Of a stretch of DNA of 64,000 bases, positions 38,526 through 52,000 are shown in pieces. Location: positions 824,943-888,942 of the forward strand of contig JAAOMT010000741.1 in NCBI GenBank assembly GCA_016748015.1. Reading direction: 5' to 3'. This DNA is from Geosiphon pyriformis uo1. Its lineage: Eukaryota > Fungi > Glomeromycota. Under the pieces are notes generated by a model. That model ran no database searches. It saw only the letters and a list, made by a program, of their open reading frames with translations, and was not told the DNA's origin. The position numbers were made by a program, and so were the translations under genes. Position 1 is the first letter of the stretch; each line of letters begins with the position of its first letter.

Positions 38526-41500
38526 TTATGATATAATTGATTATAAACTTTTTTACTTATATTAAAAATACATAACAATATTATTAATTAAAACCAATAT
38601 CAAGATAATAACTTTTAAAAAAATAACTAAACTAAATTACAAAAATTTTTTGCAATGAAAACTTAAAAAAATTTAGATTTTTTAGTAATAGCATAAATAG
38701 TTACTTACAAAAAAATAAAAACATTTCAAAAAAAATTCAAGAAAAAAAACATATAAAACACTTTTTTAAGTATTAATAACTTAGTTTTTAAATACAAATT
38801 AAATTAAAAAAACATTTTTAGTAACAAATTTTCAAGTCAATAAAAGAATCATTTATAATTAAAAAAGTATTAAATAATAGATCTTATATCTTACAGAACT
38901 AATATAAAACAATATTTAATGATCAATTTATTCATGATATACAAATTAAAAAATACCACAAAAGATCTAATTAGTTATTAATTGTTGTAATACTTATAAT
39001 ATCTATTAGTGAAACACTAAAACAAATATAAAAAGAGTTATTTTAGTCTCAAAACAAACATATTTTTAATCAGCATAAAAAAATATTTTTTCGATTAAAA
39101 TATTTAAAACATCTTTTTCATAATTTATAAATATTAAACAAAAAATTATTTAAATACTTTGCTTATTATTAAAAAACAAATAATTATTAAAGACAAAATT
39201 AAAATATACTTTATTATGAATTTTTGAAAAACTGTAACAAAAAGACAAAAAATTATCAATAAAATAAAAAAATATATGCTTAAATACATAATGGCTAAAA
39301 TATTTACTCTTTTTAATATATTTAAAAAACAATAAAAAAATTTTACTAATAAATTGTAAATTATTATATAGAAGTTAATTCAAAAAAAAACTTGGTAAAA
39401 TTATTGAAGTTATAAAACTTTTAAAAAAAGCAACTTTAGAAATTTAGATAAAAATCTTGAGTATTATATGCTTAAATGTTTCAAAAGTTTTAATTATTAC
39501 AAAAAAAGCCAAAATATTTATATAAAAGTTTGGTTTTTTGAACTCAAAATTAATATTGCTATAGCTTTTTTATATTTTATTAGCTAAAAATTAATTAGCT
39601 TTGAGATAAAATTTTAAGAACTTTTTTACATAATTTTATTTTACTTGATCTTAATTTTGGAAAAAATAATATGATAGTTGAAACTTTTATTTTTTAGCTT
39701 TTATTTATATTATTTAATTCAAAAAAAGTAATTATTATATATATTAAAGTTATTTAAAAATTAATTAAAAAGGTAAATTTTAAATAAAAAAACAAAATAT
39801 TTATTGCTTTTGTTTAAAATCCTAATAAATAATTAATAATTAATTAATTGTAAACTTGGCCAAACTTTTAAAATTATTAGTCTAAGCTATTTAAAAAAAC
39901 CAAAAATCTTTAAAAATTTAATATTAGTTTTAGCATAATTAATTTTAATAACTATAATATAATTTAAAATTTTAAGATTAAAGATCATCAGTTTAATATT
40001 AATATAAAAATACAAATTATATAACATAAAAATATAACAACTTTTTAATGTTTTCTCTAAATTTAAGAAATAATAATTATTAAAATAATAAAAACAATAA
40101 CAATTAAATTTTTAACCAAAATGTTAATCAGACTTATATAAACTTTTTTAAAAAAAAATTCTATTAAAACAACTGAATATTAGTTTTTAAACTAATAAAT
40201 ATACTTTCTAAGAGTAAAAATACAAGTCAAAAGAAAGAAAACTTTTTGTTTAATTTAATTTAATCAATAATAAAATAAAATTTGTTTTAAAAAATTAAAA
40301 GTAAACTTTAATATTAATTTCAATATAACTGCTTTAATATTTAATATCAAGAATAAAATCTAAAAATTTAAATTATTTAAAAACACATTAAAGTTAAAAA
40401 TTATTCAAAAACTAAGTCTATATTTATTTGTTAAAGATTTAATAAAAGTATTAATTCATGTTATTTTTGGTCAACTTATAATAAATTATTAATATTCAAA
40501 AAAACAATCTTAATTAACAAATATCTTTAATAAATAATGTTAAGTTTTAATAAAATTATACTTTTTATTTGCAAAATCTAAGTAATTTGTTTTTTTATAG
40601 TTTTAATATTAAATAATAGTTTATTAATTAATATTATTTTCCAATATTTTTTACCAAACCAATAAATAATATATATATAAAAATAAAAAAGATTTTAAAA
40701 TTGTTAAAACTGTTTTTATTTAAATTAACAAATATATATTGAAATTAATATAGAAATATTAAAAGTAAAAAATTATATTATTATTTTTAAAAAAAAGTAA
40801 ATAAAAAAAACAAAAGCTTTTTAAATTATGAATTATATAAACTAATAATTTGTAATAAAGCAAAACCTATTATAATTAAGTATTAATATTAAACAGTATT
40901 TTTAAAAATAGCTTAGCAATAATAACAATTACCAAACAATTATAACAATAATTTTAACAATTTTAAAGATTTAGAAAAAGAAAAAAAAGTAAAATAAAAT
41001 TATTAATAACATAATTTTTATATTAGATATTAATATAATTATTTTTTTTATTTTCTAAAAAAATACAAATTATGTTTGATCTTTTTTAAACATTTAATCT
41101 TTAATAAAAAACACAAAACTATGCAAATATTTAAAAAAAATATATTCAAGATTCAATTCTTAATTACTAAACAAAAAAAACTTTTAAAAAAAAATAATAC
41201 AATAATATTAAAAAAAAATTTTGGTTAAATAAAAAACTTGGATTTATACAAAAAACCAAAAATAAATAGATATTTTTAGTTTTAATAATATTTATAAAAA
41301 AAAATTCTACAATTTTATATTGATTATTGTTAACTAAATACAATTATAAAACAAAATATGTATCTATTTTTAAAAGTTATTAATATTTTTAATCAATTTG
41401 AAAACTCAGTTTATTTTATTAATTAATTTAATCATTGAATTTTAGTAAATAAATATAATTTTGCTAACAAAAAAAACCATTTTTATTATAAAATATAAAA

Positions 41501-43860
41501 CTTAAAAGTTTACAGTAATACTTTTTAGATTAACAAATATCTTACTTATTTTTAAAAATTAATAAACAAAATGTTTAACCAGAACATCAAAGATTGTTTT
41601 AATATATTTAAATAATATAATATTAAAAAGATAAATATTTAAATTATTTTTAAAAAGTTTTTGATCTTTTTAAAAAATATTAAACTTAAGATTTATCCAA
41701 TTAAATTATTTTTGAATAACAATTTACTCAGTTTTTAAAATATTTTATTACAAATTATGAAATCTTTTTAAATTTAATTAAAATAAAAAAAATTACAAAA
41801 ATTTAAACAATTAATGAATAATACAGAATTATAATTTTTTTTAAATTAACATCTTATTATTAAAAATTTATAGAAAATATTTTAACAAGCTAAAAAATAT
41901 GTTTAATCATAATATAATCTATTGTTATTAATATAAATATTTTTTTAGAAGTAAATTCAATGTTTATACTAATTATTAAACTTTAGTTTAGTTGAAAAAC
42001 AAAAAAATTAAACTACAATAGACAAAAACAATTATAATTGTAAATATTACATAAAAACAAACAATTAAAACGCAAACATTTTATCTTAATTAGTTATCTA
42101 GTAAACAAAAACAGATTAATATTAACTAATTAAATTAATTATTAATAAAACACTTAAAAAAAAACAGAACAATAAATTTAAAAAACTATTTAGCACTTAT
42201 CAAATTTTGAATAAAGAATAATATTTATTAGAATACAAAAATAATTTGCAAAAAACAATCAAATTTTTATTTAATTTAACAAAACCAATTATATTAAAAA
42301 AACAAAAAAATTTTGATTAATTACAAAGTATTCAATTTAAAAAAAAAATTGTAATATACAATATTTATAGTAAAATATTTTAAAAAAATAATTAAAATTT
42401 AAAAAACATTAACAAAATATTATTAATTAACTTTAAAAAAAGTAACAAAGTATTTTAAACTCTTTAATACTTGTTAATAAAAAAGTAAATCCAATTGAAA
42501 AAAAAATATTCATTTGATTTTTGTTATTTAATTTTTTGACAAAATTTAAATACATAATAATAGCAATTAATTACTTAATAAAATAGATAAAAATAAAAGC
42601 AACACTAGATTAAATAGCTGTTTTATTTGTCAATTTTATATACAAAAATATCTTTAAAAATTATTTTTAAATAAAAAAAAACTTAAAGCATATTACAAAT
42701 TTTTATTTTTATTTTTTTTAAACAAATAAATTAGTAAAAAATTTTAATTAAATACTTTGTAAAACATTAACAAAAACCAGTAAAAAAATAAATTTATAGA
42801 ATAAAGTTTTATTTTCAATACTTTTTGTTTATAAAACAATAAATCATAATATAACTGATTATGATCTTTTATATTTATTTTATAAACATATAGCAATATT
42901 ATTTATTCAAACTAATATTAAAACTGTACTATTTAAAAAAATAATTAAACTTAATTATAAGAACATTTTATAATTAAAACTTAAAATAATCTTAAATTTT
43001 TTGGTAAAAACACAAATAATTGCTTATCAAAAGATAAAAATAATTAAAAAAAAATTCGAGAAAAAAAAAATATATAAACATTTTTTTTAAGTATTGGTAA
43101 CTTAATTTTTGAATACTAATTAAATTAAAATAATGTTTTTAATAATAAATTTTTAAGTTAATAAAAAATTATTTATAAATAACAGAATATTAAAAAATAA
43201 ATTTTATATTTTGCAAAATCAATTTAAAATAATATATAATAATTGATTTGTTTATAATATAAGAATTAAAAAATATTATAAAAAACTTAATTGATTATTA
43301 ACTGTTATAATACTCATAATATTAATTAGTAAAACACTAAAAAAATTATAAATAAAATTATTTTAATTCCAAAACAAATGTATTTTTAATCAATATAAAA
43401 AATATTTTTTTATAAAATATGTAAATATTGAACAAAAATTACTTAGATGTTTTGTTTATTATTGAAAAACAAATAACAAATTAAAATATATTTTGTTATT
43501 AATTTTTATAGAACTATTATAAAAAAACAAAAAATTAACTATAAAATAAAGAAGTATATATTTGAATACATAATTGTCAAAATACTTTTTTTTTAACATA
43601 TTTGAAAACACAATAAAAAGTTTTACTTATAAACAAAAAATTATACATAAAAACAACTTAAATATTATAAAAAACTTAATAAAATTATAAAAAATATAAA
43701 GCTTTTAAAGAAAAAAATTTCAGAAATTTAGGTAAAAATCTTAAGTATTATATATTTAAATATTTCAAAAATTTAAATTATTGCAAAAAAAGCCAAAATA
43801 CTTATATTAAAGTTTGGTTTTTTAAATTTAAAATTTATATTACCACAGTTTTTATATCTT
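38526..43860 (+). mobile_element. Very old gypsy relics (family D), including two copies of an integrase-end/ORF3 segment (~38530-39590 and ~42850-43860)
   Basis: Almost G/C-free sequence with RT remnants (FYIDYC.LN at ~41310), an RH end and integrase start (~42060-42210). The two ~1-kb segments align by eye. Confidence 0.6.
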
Positions 43861-44645
43861 ATTACTTAAAGAATAAGACAGAAAAAAAATAATAAAGAAA
43901 ATTTAATATAATTATTAGAGTATATGATATTAAAAATTCCAAAAATATTAGTGTTTTCAAGAATACTAAAAATTTTAGCAATAATTTAAGAAAAAGATAT
44001 AAATTATTAAAAATTCCAGAAATTTTATATTATAAAAATTTATATAGATATAATAATAATTATAAAAACAAAAACAGACAAGTTTAGTTTAATTTTTATT
44101 TAATAACTTTAGCAATAAAAAATCTAACATTTAAAGTAAAATACTTATCTAAATAAAATTATTATTTAAATTACTTAATATTTAATTATTATGAATTTAT
44201 ATTAATTTTGTTGAAATTTATGTATTTTTAAATTAATGCTAATAGTATTTAAACAATATTACTAATAATATTAAAATTATAGCTTTTAATTATAACTATT
44301 AATAAAATAATAATTTATATATATTTTTTTTTTTTTTGTTTATTAATTGATTAAAAAAAGTGCTAAAATTATAACATCAAAGATTATTTAGTAACAAATA
44401 CAAAAATAAACATAGAATTAATTAATTAAATTGCTTATTAAAAGAGTAAAAAACACCAAAATAAACCAATTATTAAATTGACAAAATTAAATATTAAATA
44501 TTATCTACTATTATTATTGAATCTCTGTTTATTATATAAAAAGCTTAACTATTAAAACCTTTAAATAAACCAAAGTTTTTAAAATTTAATTAATAATATT
44601 AAAACACCAACTTATAGTTTAATACATTAATTATCTACTTATAAT
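43860..44645 (+). repeat. Decayed LTR related to the A/B LTRs
   Basis: Contains eroded versions of A-LTR motifs (aaacagacaagtttagttt, aatctctgtttattatataaaaagc, aacaccaacttatagttt) in the same order. Confidence 0.5.
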
Positions 44646-45099
44646 AATACTTTATTAGAAAATAAATTTTAACAAAATAATTAGTTATCTTATTTTTAAA
44701 ATTAATTATTGATGTAATTATTGACTTAATTAATAACTTAATTATTAATTTGATTATTAATTTGATTATTAATTTGATTATTTGACCAAATTATTGATTT
44801 GATTATTAATTTTTTTTAATAGTATATAAACAAAACTATTTAAAACTTTAAAATTTATTTACATATATATATATTTTTTTTATTTGTATAATTATTAGTT
44901 TTTGTAAAGTATATTAAATAAATATTTACTAAAAAATACAATTAATACCTAATTTTGAAATCTATAAATGTTAACATAAGATATAAAATTATATTAATAT
45001 GTTACTTTTTGTTGATAATATAAACTATTTCTCTACTATTTTTTAGAAAAATAACAATTAAGATATTTATAAAATTGATTCCACATATTAAATTTTTAT

Positions 45100-46580
45100 T
45101 AATTCAATTTATTTATTAAATTTAAATTACTCTTTTATTATTTTATTGCCATACAATTTTATTGTTTTTGGTATTTATTTGTGTGTTATATTTAATTATA
45201 ATCTTGTGTTTAAGAACAATATAAAACTGTTTGAATAGAATTTGTTTCTTAAGTTTCAATGAATACTGCTTTTTTGGTCAAGCTTACTAATTTTGTTTGT
45301 TTTTTTACTTTTAAAATTGCCAAGTTTTTGGAAGTTTCTGAGTCTGCTTTTTTTTTGTTGTTGTTGCTTTGTAAAATGTGCTTATAAATATTTTCGGTAT
45401 TTTGGTAAAGTTTTTTGAATTATATTAAAATTTGTTAATATTTGATAATATACTGTTGTTTATTTTAAATTTTTTGATACAATCAAGCTGTACTTATTTG
45501 TTAGTTAATTTTGATAAGTAAAAATAATAATTTTTTTTTGTGAATCAAAAAAAGTTCATTTTACTAATATGTTTAAAACTAAGTTAGTTAATTTTTTTTC
45601 TGGTGTTATTGTCTTTGAAATTAGTAATTTGATTTCTTAAATTGATGTTTATATCTGTTTTATTTTTTATTTTATTTAGCAACTACACTATATTATTATT
45701 ACTTTTGGTTTCAAAGTAAATTTGGATATTGTTGTTATTAAAACTGGTAATTTAAGAAAGTGTTATATTTGATAGAAAACTCTTGGCTCTTGGCACTGTT
45801 TTAGATGTTAGAATTTAGATTATTTGAGTGTAAATTGCAAAATGTCACCATCTTTTTTTTTCAAGTTATTTTTCAAATTTATAAGTAGTCTCAAGATTTT
45901 CAAATCTTGTTTTGCTGATCTCAAATTTTATGCCAAAACTTTTGTCTAATTGGCTTCTTTTATTGTTGTGTTTTTAGCTTTTCCTGCTGTTACTGCTATT
46001 GTAAATTCTTTAATTGGTCTTAGGTGGTCTCTTTAAAACTCAAGTTGACTAAGTTAGCTGCATTGGTTAATTTTATTGTTGAGCCTATTGGTACTATAGT
46101 TGCTGTTGCTACTGTTTATTTTGGAACTAATACTACTGTGCAGAGTGAGTTTAGGAACAATATTCTTAAAATTGAAAAAAATATTGGTATTTTGGAAAGA
46201 TGGTTGGAGATTTGAGTAAGATTGTGAACTTGAAGGTGAAATATGGTATAAATGGTGAGCCAAATATGTTTGATTTTAACATGGATGCTAACATGACTGA
46301 AGACCCAGATTGTTCTAAATGTAAGGAGGTTTTTACTAGGTTAATGATACTTTGAAAGTTTGAGGCTTCTGATGTCAAGTCGAACCCCATGAAAACAACT
46401 AGATATTTGGCTGGTTTAATTTCTGGTAGTGTCATGGTTACTGAAATAGTTCAAAAGATGGTTTTTTGGGTAAGTTTACTTCTGTACCTTCAACATAGTT
46501 TAGGGCTTATGTCTGGTCACATGCCGAAAGCACGATAGTGATTGGGCTTAACACGTTAAATAAAAAAATAAAAAAATAAT
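45100..46580 (+). mobile_element. ORF1-only (half-LINE-like) non-LTR retroposon, decayed, with 3' hairpin and A-rich tail
   Basis: Decayed Cx2Cx4Hx4C knuckle CFRC.NLD(H>Y)LSVNC at 45797-45838 and a heptad-like segment (LKLKLTKLAALVNFIVEPIG). Stop at 46496-46498, ~60-nt UTR, then aaataaaaaaataaaaaaa. No endonuclease or RT follows. Confidence 0.6.
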
Positions 46581-47079
46581 TTAACTTGTTTATATTTCTT
46601 TTGGGTATTTAAATAAATTTATACATCAAATCAATTCATTCAGATGCGGGGTTTTTTACATTTTAGAATATTTTCAAAGTTTTTTATTTCAATTTTGAAA
46701 ACAAGTTTTTTTACCATGCTCGTTTTATTCCAGATTAAAATAATTTACTAACAAAAAACAGAAAAAACAAAAAACGATATAAAACTATAAATAGCTTTAA
46801 ATTTACAGCTTTTAAAAAATTGAAAATAAAACTTTAATTTAGAATTGTTAAGAAGAATAATAAATCCGTTATAATTTTAAAGATTACTTGGCATTTTCAA
46901 AATATAATAACAAGTATTAATTATTTCAATATTTAAAGCAGGTCTGAAATTATAATGTCAACTTTCATGCCATTGATATTTTGTTTTTGGACGCCAGAAA
47001 AGCCAAAAATCTGATAGATTTAAAAGGCTTTTGAAATATTAAGTTTGCTCAAAAATTAGATACAAATTAAAATTTTTCA

Positions 47080-47590
47080 ACTATGAATCTTAAAAAGTAT
47101 TTACTAAATAGAAATCAAGCTTTCGCAATTACAAAAGACATTGAAACAAATGATCCAGTCATTCTCAACGCTCCACGTTGGATGTCTGTGCAGGACTAAA
47201 TAACATTGGCTCAAAAGTGCCTGGTTTGCAAATAAGAGGGAAATAAAAAAGCAAAAAAAATCATTGGAAATTAACAATGATTTATCAATAGATCAATTAA
47301 ACCGTTTCAAAGCATTGCTGCTGATGCGGGAAATGTTCAACCGAATTTCTGGGACATTGCATTGAATTTCAATATAACCTTTTAAGCGACATCATTCACA
47401 ATTTATCTTCATGACCAAAATAATTCCTCTAATGCTTCTGAACTTTATTTTATTATATATGTTTTTACCAAATAGTCACTAAAGAAATTACAGTTTTTTT
47501 ATTTAGTTAGAGGGAAAAATATAATGTTATTATATTGCAAATTATGGACATCTATAAGTTTTTTTAGAGGTACCAATCATCAGGTTTAGA
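47080..47590 (+). pseudogene. Fragments of a third class-3 lipase-like paralogue
   Basis: 47181-47240 encodes DVCAGLNNIGSKVPGLQIRG, similar to VECSKLNNIALGVPGLQIKG of the 59358-60897 gene. SFFRGT occurs at ~47557-47574. No intact frame. Confidence 0.5.
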
Positions 47591-48539
47591 ATTTCAACCT
47601 ATGATATTGACATGTACTGATAAGAAATTTAAGAAGTTTTTATATGAAAAACTTTATTCTTTTTCCCATTGTTTAATTCTGTAAACTTAACTTGTTTTGT
47701 GAACCATGAAAAACCGTAAAAATAAATAGGGTAACCAATAAAAAGGCCCTCACTCATGAGCAAAGATGTCCTACTAACTAGTATTTTTGATGATTAGTCC
47801 AGCTCTTTCTTGTTCTTAAAACTAATTCTTCAAAGTTATCTTTTCATTGTTTTTTTGTTTAGTAAATTTGTGTTTGATATTTGAGTTTCACCTGATCCCG
47901 ATCCTGCAAACAAGTTCTTTATGCATTATAATTTTATTTTAAAAATTTTAAAATTTGATCCTGGCAAAAAGCCATTTATAAACAACACCTTTTCGGAAGT
48001 CCTATGCATTATGTGTGGAGTTTAAATTGAGTCTTGAAAGATACTCAATGAAAATGGAAAACTTATTTTATTACTTGAAAAAAGTTTAAAGGCTGAGCAT
48101 TTCTAAAATATAATTGAACGAAAATAGAAATAAAAATTTGGTTAATATTATCTAATCTGAAAATCAAATCGAGCTTATATACAATCGTACAAAACCTTGA
48201 GTCGTCAAAAAATTATGTAAAACACATTAATAAAAAATAATAAAATTTCATTAAAAATTTTTCGGCAGAAATAATATAAAAGCCTAATTTATTCTAAGAA
48301 TAAATATATCACCCTTTTAGGTATAACATTGTTTTATAAGTAATTAAAAGATTTAAAAAAGTTTGATTTTTTAATGATAACTTTTTTCCTAATAAAATTT
48401 CATAGTTTCCATGTTTTCGATGTGAAAAATAGTGACAATAAACCTTCAAAATTACTAACTGCAGATTTGCATTTTAAAAATACATTCGATTTTCATCACA
48501 ACATTAAAATGAAATTATTTTAATTCAAATGATTTATCA

Positions 48540-49094
48540 ATCTGGCACTCAAGGTCTGATATTTGAAATCCTCCCCATTCCAGTAAAACAATCCCCAAAA
48601 TTGATTTCAAAATACGGACCTCTATGTGCAATAAGGCTATAAGTAGATTTTTGGCCCAAATTCCAATACTAAATAATGAAAGAATATTACAATCAGCTGA
48701 GTTATTAAATCGGGAAATATATGAAATATTTTAAATATTCAAAATCATTATACCGGATTTTCCCCGGCTAACACTATCCCATCAAATTCATATCCTTCAC
48801 ATTTGTACATTAATTGATTGCCTGGGTCCCAGGCAGGTGAAGTATCATATTCTCTTTCGTGATGTTGAAAAATACGGCCCTCATTGTCAATAATTGGGTA
48901 ACGAGGGACAAAATCATTGGCATGTGTCACGCGATATATCTTATTACGAAATATCTGATTTACGAGCCCTGCGAATGCAATTTTAAAATTATTAACCATG
49001 CATATATTCCATATCTTTTTGAATTCTCTTATTAATCCTTCTAAGATCAACATTAAATAGTTAAAAGTTTTGTTTATCATCAAATTTTTAAATT
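48540..49094 (-). pseudogene. Inverted, near-identical chimeric copy of the lipase locus (3' part of the 62547 gene fused to a copy of 59141-59263)
   Basis: 48567-48973 is the reverse complement of ~63552-64000 including the intron, with a 39-nt in-frame deletion. 48974-49094 is the reverse complement of ~59141-59263. Confidence 0.9.
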
Positions 49095-52000
49095 CAACGA
49101 CTAATACGAGGTAAATAAAAAAACAGACCTTATTTGTTTAAATATATATGGTGGAAAAATCATTCGATGATTTAAACATTAACTTATTATCTGGAAAAAA
49201 AGTATAGTTGATCCCTATTTATAGATCAAATTTCTATTTTTTTAATTAGTTTATTTGGTGAAAAGTTTTGAAAACATGAAAGTTTGAAAGAAAAAACAAT
49301 TTTCAGAATTGATTGACACAATCACTTGAAATAAAATCAATTACCCTTTATAATGTGAATTGCAAAGATAAAGTTCAAAAAGTTACCAATTTACATTGCA
49401 TTGGAAAAATAAAGCAAAGATTTTTACCCACATTTTCAAAAGTTTTTTGGTAGCCAATTTCACTTTGCCATTAATTCATGAAATTTCTACTAAATATATA
49501 CGTTCATATTTTGATTTAAAATATATGTAATATTTTTAATTAATATAGAAGTTTACCGTATTCTATGTAAGGAATAAAATAAAGAAGAATTTATTTCTCT
49601 AATAGGCATACAAAAATTAACATGACTAAATAGTAAGTACTGCTTTATTTGAAATTTTGAATTCCACTCATTAATATCCAATTCTTTATTAAAAACAAGA
49701 AAATAATTAGTTGTAGTAAACTATATGTATTTTTCAAAGTTTCATTATTTTAACAGAAAAAATAAAGCAAATTAAACTTGTGCTTTCAATCCTTTGTTAA
49801 ACTTTTCTAATTAAAATGATAAATTTAATTGTTCCTTTACTATGAAGTTAATATTCTTACTATTAATGCTACTTTCTAGATTGCTTTTAGAATTGAAATA
49901 TGAGCTAAAAACTGTTGTATCTTGAAAATTTTAAACATAGAAAATATAGAAAATAATTCATAGAAATTGTTTAAAATTTTCAAGATTTTGATAAAAAAAA
50001 CTTTACAGCTGGCAAAGAATTTTAATATGGATATATATATATATTAAATATTTCATGATTTTTATAATAATTTTACAAAACTTTGAAGTAAAAAATCATA
50101 TATATGTAACCTTTTTATAAATGGAAAATGTATTGAAGGTCGTAATTTTCAGCTATCAATTAAATTGAAGATTGTCTGATTTTCAGGTTTTTATAGAAAT
50201 GCTATATCTATTCAGGCCTATAAGTTTATTTACAAAAAGATGACCAAAAGATTCTGGAGCAATCTTCACGAGTAAAATTTCTCAAAGTACAGCAAGAAAT
50301 ATTTCCAAAAAATGTAATTAATAAATTCCATTGGAAGAACAAATTTATAAATTTGATTTGATAAGATTGTTATTTTCCGAGGGCTATTAGAGTTTTCATG
50401 CATAACATACTTTATAGACAATTCATTGGTCAAAAGATGTGGCTTTTTACCCCTTGGAATATTGAAGAAATCAAACCAAGATACCAAACTACCTCTTTTA
50501 ATAATATATGCTTTTCAATAAGTTTAACTTTTTGACATGAAAGCTCATTATTTTTTCATAAGATTTTAAATAAAAAAGCTAAAAATAGTTATAATCTTTA
50601 TGGCGTGTCAGATTAATTTATTATTGATACTTAATATAAGTCAATAAATAATTATTCTCCATTTTCTTGAAGATATTCTCAAGTCAAAATTCAAGAAAAG
50701 AAAAATGGCCATAATGAAGAATTGGAATTCATTATCGATTGGAAAAAGCAGCTTGCAAATAATTATTAGGCCTCTGCTGACGATATATAGGCAAACAATT
50801 ATGTACATGTATTTTTACAAGATTTGCTAAGCAAAGCATACTACTTTTGCAGAACTCGAGTTTTTTTACAAAAAATACGGTAAGTACTGAAACTCTTGAT
50901 CTTTGAATTTATAATTTTAATGCATAATTATCTTTAGCATTTGTAAACTCGGCTGATACCTTTGCAGATCATCGATCTTAGGAAGAAAATTCAGTATTAG
51001 AGTGGCATTCAAAAGAAAAGAAATTTGAACATAAAAATTCACAAGATTATTCCAAATTAGAAAAAAAAATTCTTCTTACGGATGAATTTTAATCATTACT
51101 ATATATAGTTATAAGAAGCCTATTATTTCTTGCATGGTCAGTCTACACCCGAAGACTTCATCCAGAGGAAGATCCCCCAAAACTCATTTTCATCTATATC
51201 TATCAAAACTATACAATTCCAGCTTTGGATCCTCCGATTATTTGGATGTTAACACATTGACTATGTGCGAGCTTGGTTCTGTGTAATAAAACGCCCCTAA
51301 TTTGGTGATCAGATGTTATCGAAAGCGATAATGCATTCAAAAAAGCTTTTTCTAGAGAGTCTTTGTGTAATTTTCTTTTATTACAATTAATTTCTGGTGA
51401 ATTTCATTTTACAGATGTATAATTTTTCGCCGCATCCAAAAATTGTCTTAATAAGCCGTCAGGTCATTTTATTCTTGCATTTTGAGGAGGATATTACTAA
51501 TTTATCCTTTTGGGAGATGAGATTGTCCAATCTCGTCTACATCTTTCGTGGGAGAGTAGCATTTGAAAGGTGTACGGAAGCTGGAATCAATGAGACTGCC
51601 ACCCACTTGGTTTCGTGGAACTGTCTTTGCGTCTCGTATATCTAGGTAAACCTCCACTCATTAGTTTTGGAATAGTGGATGTGCCATCCGACATTATCTT
51701 GTGAAGAATGTGCGACCTATTATTATGTTTCTTTTTTCAAAATGACCTTATCCAAAATGGTGGTAGACTTATAAAGATGTGTATTATACATCGACAGATT
51801 GTGAGAAACGGTTCCATGTGGATTTTGAAGAGTTCAAATTCCTCTCGTCAATACAAGCAGCTTTAATTTCTTGTACGCGATAGATAACGACTGTTTTGAC
51901 GGCGAGAATTTATTGTGAGAGTTCATGTTCGCTGAAGCTCGCATCGTCGAAGAGAACCGGCAGCTTTGCAAAACGGAGAAAAAAAATATATCGAAAGAAA

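Noticed and set aside
46500-46560. Self-cleaving ribozyme (hammerhead, HDV or twister)
   Set aside because: It contains cgaaa but no CUGANGA core, and I could not fit an HDV or twister pseudoknot. It is simpler as a 3' UTR stem-loop.
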